A stretch of 64,000 bases of DNA from Nitrospirota bacterium. Its GTDB lineage: Bacteria; Nitrospirota; UBA9217. Every line of letters starts with the position of its first letter. The first letter of the stretch is position 1. Below, in pieces: positions 58,287-64,000 of this stretch. Below the pieces are notes generated by a model. That model saw only the letters and a list, made by a program, of their open reading frames with translations. It was not told where the DNA came from and did not search any database. The DNA lies in the NCBI GenBank assembly GCA_963663225.1, contig OY760142.1, positions 96,001 to 160,000 on the forward strand. Reading direction: 5' to 3'. The position numbers and the translations under genes were made by a program.

Positions 58287-59231
58287 CTACACAATCAGCA
58301 GCAATGCAAAGCTCCTGAGCGCGCCGCTCCACCAGAAGCCATGCTTTACAACGCAATATCTCCGTTTCAGCCAGTTCAACGAGTTCAGATTCGCATACAC
58401 GCATACTGTTTCCCGTTTTCCAGCCGACAGCATGTGGCCGTACCGTTCCAGGAAAGACGTCGCCTGCCGCTGTGATTGGATCAGGAAGTTCCGATGGTTC
58501 CGCAGCCGCATCACGTTTCGGGTAATGTTTTTCAGATTCGTTCCCCATGTGGCACCCACGGCGTTGTGAGCATGCTGTCGGTATAAAACGGTCGGTTCAC
58601 TAAGGTATTGGCACCTTCCAAAACAGGCCGCCACCAAACCCAACCACCAGTCATGCATAAGGGCATCCTCGGGCATCGGCAAAGACAGTTCCAGCAGTTT
58701 CCTGTTCATCATAACCGTGCATCCGACTATAACGTTGCTCACCAGTTGGCGGGACAGCCGGGCGCCGTTCTTCGGACAAAACGACTGATGCTTCCAGTAT
58801 GAATACGTGATATTATTCAGCCTGTCATCCACGACCTTCATGTCCGTATAAACCAGCAACGGCAGCGTGCGGCCGTAGGCTTTTTCCATTGCCTTCATTT
58901 TTTGGAATGTTGTTTCGATTTTATGAGGCAGCCACACGTCGTCCTGGTCGCAAAACATGACATAATCGGAGGTCGCGTGTCCGAGAAGAACTCCGAAATT
59001 TCCACACGCACCTCTTCTGCGCTGGTCATCGGCAAGAAGGACGATTTTATTTGGATACTTTTGAGCATATGCTCTGATTACATCAGGCGTTCCATCGGTA
59101 GACCCGTCATCCCGGACAAGCAGCCGCCAATGGACATACGTCTGGTCCAGAATCGATTGAATCTGTTCCGGCAGGTATTTTTCTCCATTATACGTCGCAA
59201 GGAGGATATCAATAGTGGGGTAATTGCTCAT
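58287..59231 (-). CDS. GT2 glycosyltransferase (RgpB/GacC-like)
   Basis: LATYNGEKYL.EQI.SI, RDDGSTD, FCDQDDVW, GCT, MHDWW, YRQH..N. Confidence 0.88.
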   Translation of the reverse strand: MSNYPTIDILLATYNGEKYLPEQIQSILDQTYVHWRLLVRDDGSTDGTPDVIRAYAQKYPNKIVLLADDQRRRGACGNFGVLLGHATSDYVMFCDQDDVWLPHKIETTFQKMKAMEKAYGRTLPLLVYTDMKVVDDRLNNITYSYWKHQSFCPKNGARLSRQLVSNVIVGCTVMMNRKLLELSLPMPEDALMHDWWLGLVAACFGRCQYLSEPTVLYRQHAHNAVGATWGTNLKNITRNVMRLRNHRNFLIQSQRQATSFLERYGHMLSAGKRETVCVYANLNSLNWLKRRYCVVKHGFWWSGALRSFALLLIV

Positions 59232-59340
59232 AATATGCGATTTGCCTTTGTACTGTCACTGTTCTGCATACAGCATGATTGCAAATAACCGACCAGGGAC
59301 TGATATTGCTAGCAGCATGCATCTGCATTACGAAAACAAT

Positions 59341-60561
59341 TCACTTTTTTTCCGCCGCACCGGAAGCACTCCTGAGCACCGTTCTTTTTTCAATCCACTC
59401 GAACAGGCCCTCAACAGCAGTAACAAATACGAGAAAAAAGCCGATCGAGGGCAGATACACCCGGTGTTCAAAGATGACATCGAGAATCGGTACGAAGCTC
59501 TGGGTCGGTGAGAGCGTGATGTAGAACCACGCGATGCCGAATGGAATCAATGTCCATTTTTTCTTCAGGTACAGCCAGAGTGCAACAGCTGCCATCAACA
59601 GATGGCCGATAAAGGAAAGGAGCGTCGGAAATTCGAACAGCGTTTTCGCGATGGGATAGCTGTAATCCAGGTTCTGGTTAATCGGGAATATCAGCAGCCG
59701 GATATACGTCCAGAGAACATTGAATGAGGTAAGCAGATAGGTCCAGCCGGTAATGCTTCTTTCGCCGCTGATGCCGAAGCCCGCACCGGACAGTTTTGTG
59801 GTCATTAACACATAGGCAATGAGCCCCCAGGGAAGTGCCACCAGCACGTATGCCTTCCAGCGGGAAAGAACAGGCCTGAATGATCCGTTCGAGATGAACA
59901 GGAAATCATACAGGAACAGCATCGCGGGCAGCGTTACTGCCCATTCCTTCGATTCCACGGCCAGCAGCGATGTAAAAAAACCGGCGATATACCAGGAAAA
60001 TTTATTGTTCTTTGCACCTTTGATGAACAGCAAAAAAGTGGCTAGGTAGAAAAATGCGGCCAGCAGTTCCGTGCGGCTGATAATGTACGTCACTGATTCC
60101 GTCTGCAGAGGATGCAGGCCGAACAGCAAGGCTCCGATCAATGCCATTCTTTTTGCCCTCTCGCCGTACCGACCATAGAGTGCAGGCAGGGTCAGGGTTT
60201 TCAAAACAAGCAAGTATACAAAATACGTGTTCAGTATATGCACGGTAATATTGAAGATGTGCCATCCCACCGGATTCAAACCGCTTATTTGATAATTAAA
60301 AAACAGAGACAGGTTTACAATCGGCCGGGTGCCGGAGAACATGCTGATGAAATTGCTCCAGGTGCAGCGTTTCAGCGCGGGATTATCTACGATCGCGGGA
60401 TTGTCGTCAAAATGAAAACTGGCGGTAAAGGTGTTCGAATAGGCAAGCAGGATAAAACCGGCGATACAGGCAAAAGCAATACGGTCGAAGTGCTTATACG
60501 CGAAAAAACGGTGTATTCTTTCTTCAAAAGCTTGCATCCTCGCCGAAAAACCTCCTGTCAC
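59341..60561 (-). CDS. GT-C membrane glycosyltransferase resembling the TMTC catalytic domain, without TPR repeats
   Basis: FHFDD after TM1, RP, H..N...H, LF.LHPLQTESVTYI..R.ELL, SKE, P..Q..DY, EHRVYLPS. Confidence 0.72.
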   Translation of the reverse strand: MTGGFSARMQAFEERIHRFFAYKHFDRIAFACIAGFILLAYSNTFTASFHFDDNPAIVDNPALKRCTWSNFISMFSGTRPIVNLSLFFNYQISGLNPVGWHIFNITVHILNTYFVYLLVLKTLTLPALYGRYGERAKRMALIGALLFGLHPLQTESVTYIISRTELLAAFFYLATFLLFIKGAKNNKFSWYIAGFFTSLLAVESKEWAVTLPAMLFLYDFLFISNGSFRPVLSRWKAYVLVALPWGLIAYVLMTTKLSGAGFGISGERSITGWTYLLTSFNVLWTYIRLLIFPINQNLDYSYPIAKTLFEFPTLLSFIGHLLMAAVALWLYLKKKWTLIPFGIAWFYITLSPTQSFVPILDVIFEHRVYLPSIGFFLVFVTAVEGLFEWIEKRTVLRSASGAAEKK

Positions 60562-60639
60562 AAAAAAAGTGTGTATAAAACTTTACCACGGTTCAAAAGC
60601 AAAGTAAAGAAAATGTATAAAAAAACGCCGGAAAAACTA

Positions 60640-61002
60640 TTATTCCTCTTTTGAACGTTGACGCAACGATTCTTGCAATTCCTGCCGCATGAGCGCTATC
60701 TCCTGGGCAAGTTGCTTGTTCTTTTCTGTTAATCCCGAAATGACCACTGAAAAATGCAGGGTGATCAGCAAAAGGAACAGAAAGGCAAGCAAAAAAAGCA
60801 GCGACGGAGGATAATAAATTCCCGCAAGCCGCGACAGGTATTCAAGCAGGTCCCGTGATACCGAAAGCAGCAGAAGTATGCCTCCTGCAAGGAGCCAGAG
60901 AATCGAGTACTTTTCCTTCAGCCGGCCTCTTCGGATAAGCTCAACAACGGTAAACAGAACAGCCCCGCTGCATGCAATCGCGGCAATCTTGAGCAGGTCC
61001 AT
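60640..61002 (-). CDS. DUF2304 family membrane protein (GacJ-like)
   Basis: RRGRLKEKYSILW, GIYYPP, IS.L......LAQEIAL. Confidence 0.85.
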   Translation of the reverse strand: MDLLKIAAIACSGAVLFTVVELIRRGRLKEKYSILWLLAGGILLLLSVSRDLLEYLSRLAGIYYPPSLLFLLAFLFLLLITLHFSVVISGLTEKNKQLAQEIALMRQELQESLRQRSKEE

Positions 61003-61005
61003 ACG

Positions 61006-61734
61006 CTACCTCACTTTTTTCATAAGGTCAATGAAAATGGCCAAAAGTACCTTTGTCATATAATATACGGAACGCACCGGAGTTATCGACGATTTGCCCC
61101 CGGTCCGCTCCCGCATCGTGACTGCCGTTTCTCTTATGCGAAAGTTCATTTTGTGCAGCAGAACAAGCGCTTCCACTTCAGGATAGTCATCGGGATACGT
61201 TCGTGCAAAGAAATTGATAATCTGCCTGTTTGCCGCGCGGAACCCGGATGTACTGTCCGTCACAGAAGTATCGAGAATCCGCGAGAGAATAAACGAAAAT
61301 ATCCAGATTCCGATGCCGCGGAAGGCGGAAGCCTTGTAGCCCTGCGGGGCGAGGAACCTCGACCCGATCACGATATCCGCCGTCCCCTCCTCTAGAGGCT
61401 GGAGAAGTTTCTTTATTTCTCCGGCAATGTGCTGTCCGTCGCCGTCGAACTGGATTGCAACGTCGTAGAAATTCCGCTGCGCATAGCGGTATCCCGCCTG
61501 CACCGCGCCGCCGATCCCCAGGTTGAACGGCAGATTCAGCACGTTGACGCCCATCTCGGCAGCAATCCGGCCGGTGGCGTCCCGGGAGCCGTCATTCACC
61601 ACAAGAATATCCGCGGCAGAGATGTTTTCGAGAAGGTCCCGGATCACCCCGGGAAGGCTTTCCTCCTCATTGTATGCGGGAATAATGACCAGTATTTTCA
61701 CCAATGGGCCTCGTACTATTTCGGTTTTTACCAC
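61006..61734 (-). CDS. GT2 polyprenol-phosphate glycosyltransferase (DPM-synthase/GacI-like)
   Basis: IPAYNEE, NDGS.D, NLGIGGAVQ.GY, QFDGDGQH, GSRF, DSTSGFRA, YPE, R..GKSSI. Confidence 0.88.
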   Translation of the reverse strand: MVKTEIVRGPLVKILVIIPAYNEEESLPGVIRDLLENISAADILVVNDGSRDATGRIAAEMGVNVLNLPFNLGIGGAVQAGYRYAQRNFYDVAIQFDGDGQHIAGEIKKLLQPLEEGTADIVIGSRFLAPQGYKASAFRGIGIWIFSFILSRILDTSVTDSTSGFRAANRQIINFFARTYPDDYPEVEALVLLHKMNFRIRETAVTMRERTGGKSSITPVRSVYYMTKVLLAIFIDLMKKVR

Positions 61735-61763
61735 AATCAGGGAACCGTTTCCGGCAAGGCTGG

Positions 61764-62790
61764 TTACTCTTTGAGCGCTATTTCTCGGGCGGATATACGG
61801 TATGCCCGGAACAGGCTGTACAGCTCCGAACGACTGATCCGCCTCAGCAGTGAGAAAGCCCGACGCTGCCGAATGACTCTGGGCAATGCTCTGAATGCGG
61901 AAAACCAGGCTTTGAGCAGGATGCCGAAAGCGCTGAGCACGGAATACTGTTCAGCAAATTTCCCACTTGCACCTTTGCCCGCAACCGCACCGAACAGGTG
62001 CAGCAACAAACGCTTTAGCGTGAAAAAAGGACTGACTGCAATAAGATCACAGGGATAATACTTCAACAGCACCCAGATTCTGTTCCGCTCGACCAGAAAC
62101 GCCTTGAACGGTGAATATGCGGACGAAGATGAGGAGTATTTATGAAAAACCTTTGCAGACGGTACATAGATGCACCCCCACCCGGCAAGTCTGGCGCGAA
62201 GGCCGATATCCACGTCATCAGCATAGGCAAAAAACTCTTCATCAAACAAACCGACGACATTCAACATCTCTCTGCGGTACAGCCCGGCACATCCGCTGGG
62301 AAAAAACGCTTCTTCGCGTCGGTCATACTGTCCTTGGTCCGGTTCCAGCCTTCCCTTTCCCCTCGCCAATCCATCCGGATATAAGAGGAGCCCCACGTTG
62401 TCAATTACTGACGGATTGTCATATGAAACTATCTTCGAAGCCCACATGCCGATATTTGGCGGGCCTTCTTCCGCTTCTTTCACCAGGTGCTCCAGCCATC
62501 CGGAATCTGCTTTTGTGTCGTTGTTCAAAAAAGCCAGGTACTTTCCCCGGGCGAATTCAGCGCCCGCGTTGTTTCCACCTGCGTATCCGCAATTTGTAGA
62601 AAGCGGCACGGTCCTGACTGCCGGATACTGACTGCGAAGATATTCCGCTGAACCATCCTGAGATCCGTTGTCCACCACGATCACTTCGAAGTTTTTAAAG
62701 CGCTGCGCTGCGAGAGAATCAAGACATTCCCCGAGAAGGTGTTTGCCGTTCCAATTCACGATAATTACCGAAACAAGGGGATACGTCAAT
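61764..62790 (-). CDS. GT2 glycosyltransferase (WbbL-like)
   Basis: IIVNWNG, VDNGSQD, N.GYAGGNN, LNNDT, FFAYADDVD, ERNR. Start uncertain: the ORF-track ATG at 62852 falls inside a promoter-like element. Confidence 0.85.
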
Positions 62791-62847
62791 GAGCAGCTCT
62801 TTTCTGATGTTTTCTTCAATTTTTGGCCGCACATATGCCTGCAGGCA

Positions 62848-62876
62848 ATCATAATCCATTGCTAAAAAAGAGTCAA
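62848..62876 (-). promoter_or_regulatory. Sigma70-type promoter for the GT2-GT2-DUF2304 operon
   Basis: TTGACT-17 nt-TATGAT. Confidence 0.6.
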
Positions 62877-62914
62877 CAAGTTCGCGCAATCTGAGAAGGA
62901 TGCATCTTCCATAT

Positions 62915-63148
62915 TCATCCAGCGAACACCACCACCACGAACCCCGCCAGCATCAAAATTGCCCCGAGCAGGCGTTCACGCATGTTCAGCTGGCGAAAGA
63001 GCAAAAAGCCATAAACTGTTCCAATCAGCAGGCTCGTGCGCTTTACCGCAACGGTGTACGCGACATTTCCCATGCTGACGTCGTACAGGTTATGACACCG
63101 TGGCAATAATATCGAATATGGCAGGCGGTACGGCAGCCTGGAAGGCAT
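62915..63148 (-). pseudogene. C-terminal remnant of an EamA/DMT transporter
   Basis: VAYTVAVKRTSLLIGTVYGFLLF...RERLLGAILMLAG resembles the last two helices of an EamA protein; upstream part is missing. Confidence 0.5.
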
Positions 63149-63176
63149 GTTTCAAAGGAAAAACAGTATCAAACTA

Positions 63177-63749
63177 CTACGGTTCAGCTGTGTGACCTGC
63201 GCCTGGAAACAATTGAAGCCTGCGGAAGGGATAGGCGTGCTCTGATTTTTTGCTGCACTTGCCGAAATAGGAATGTCTTCGTATCAGGGAGCCTGGGAAG
63301 TTAAAGACGAGATTCATGGTATGAGAGCAAACAGGGCATTCGCTGGTATATGAGGTAATGACCAGATACGGCTCCTTCAGCCGCAAAAAAAATTTCAAAA
63401 AGCCGAAGCATGCAAATTTTTCCTTCGGCAATCTGTTTACTGCCACGACCATAGGCCAGCCCAGTGTCATTGCAATACACGCCAAGAAAGCGATCCAAAA
63501 GGAGACGCTGCCGTGCACTGTACCCAATAAATAATAATACATGGTGAGAGCGCCGAAGAGAAGAACAATCGGCATGAGCACCATCAGGATCGATGAAAAG
63601 GCTTTTATCAGAACGGGCCGGTATATAATTTTAAAATGTTCATGTTCAGTAAAAGGAATGGGGAACTTCTTTTTTCGTGCCTGATCAGAACCGGCCGCAT
63701 CCGGCCGTCGTTTCTCAGGTCTTTTATGCATGATTTTCTTTTTTTTCAC
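63177..63749 (-). CDS. Hypothetical two-TM membrane protein with C-terminal putative Zn ribbon
   Basis: AGGTGA SD, two hydrophobic helices, CPVC...C....EH. Confidence 0.5.
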   Translation of the reverse strand: MKKKKIMHKRPEKRRPDAAGSDQARKKKFPIPFTEHEHFKIIYRPVLIKAFSSILMVLMPIVLLFGALTMYYYLLGTVHGSVSFWIAFLACIAMTLGWPMVVAVNRLPKEKFACFGFLKFFLRLKEPYLVITSYTSECPVCSHTMNLVFNFPGSLIRRHSYFGKCSKKSEHAYPFRRLQLFPGAGHTAEP

Positions 63750-64000
63750 TGGAATCTCACCTATTTATTTTTTCTGGTCTGCCCATATGCGTTCACCGAT
63801 TGAATCGACAAAAGAATTATAACGGCAACCGGTTCTTATTTCAAGAACAAGATTATGCCCGGCGATGCGTATCTGAGGAGCCCCAAGATGTGTTCGATTT
63901 CCACGATAACGAGAACAATACGCCGCCGGTTTGTTGCCGGATACGATTACCGCCGCGTGAACAACAGCGTTCGGCGATCTCCTTTCTGCGCCGCCTGCTC

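Noticed and set aside
1-64000. CRISPR array, IS element, prophage or retron
   Set aside because: No regularly spaced repeats and no transposase, integrase, cas, phage or reverse-transcriptase ORF recognised

Overview
A mostly housekeeping chromosomal segment from a diderm bacterium of about 50% GC by eye. Gene content and order suggest a Nitrospirota or deltaproteobacteria-like anaerobe (inference). Most genes lie on the minus strand. Left to right: remA (partial), yicC, DUF4845-lepB-lepA, ROK kinase; a DUF2752/Yip1/FGE-domain cluster; mog-tldD; an orphan receiver protein; a small Sm-like protein; MATE; a [NiFe]-hydrogenase maturation operon (hypC-hypA fused in one ORF, then hypB, F, D, E); mipA, FAH, EamA; ahcY with an SAH riboswitch; metK; a cobalamin uptake operon with two cobalamin riboswitches plus tonB-yacG; prfB (programmed +1 frameshift); an amidase; tRNA-Val-thrS-infC (ATC start)-rpmI-rplT; mutS, HIT, udg, nadK, tsaE, CBS, nnr, acpS, pdxJ; an FlgT-like protein; lactate permease; patatin-GDPD-glpD; and a surface-glycan locus. 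I saw no transposase, integrase, phage gene, CRISPR array or reverse transcriptase. Most notable are: (1) the HypC-HypA fusion with an internal ribosome-binding site, (2) an SAH riboswitch plus a proteobacterial-type ahcY, (3) inverted 7-nt-periodic repeats, one forming an in-frame insert in hypF, (4) a GacI/GacJ-like pair coupled to a TPR-less TMTC-like GT-C, and (5) several apparently leaderless genes. All calls come from motif recognition by eye; no searches were run.
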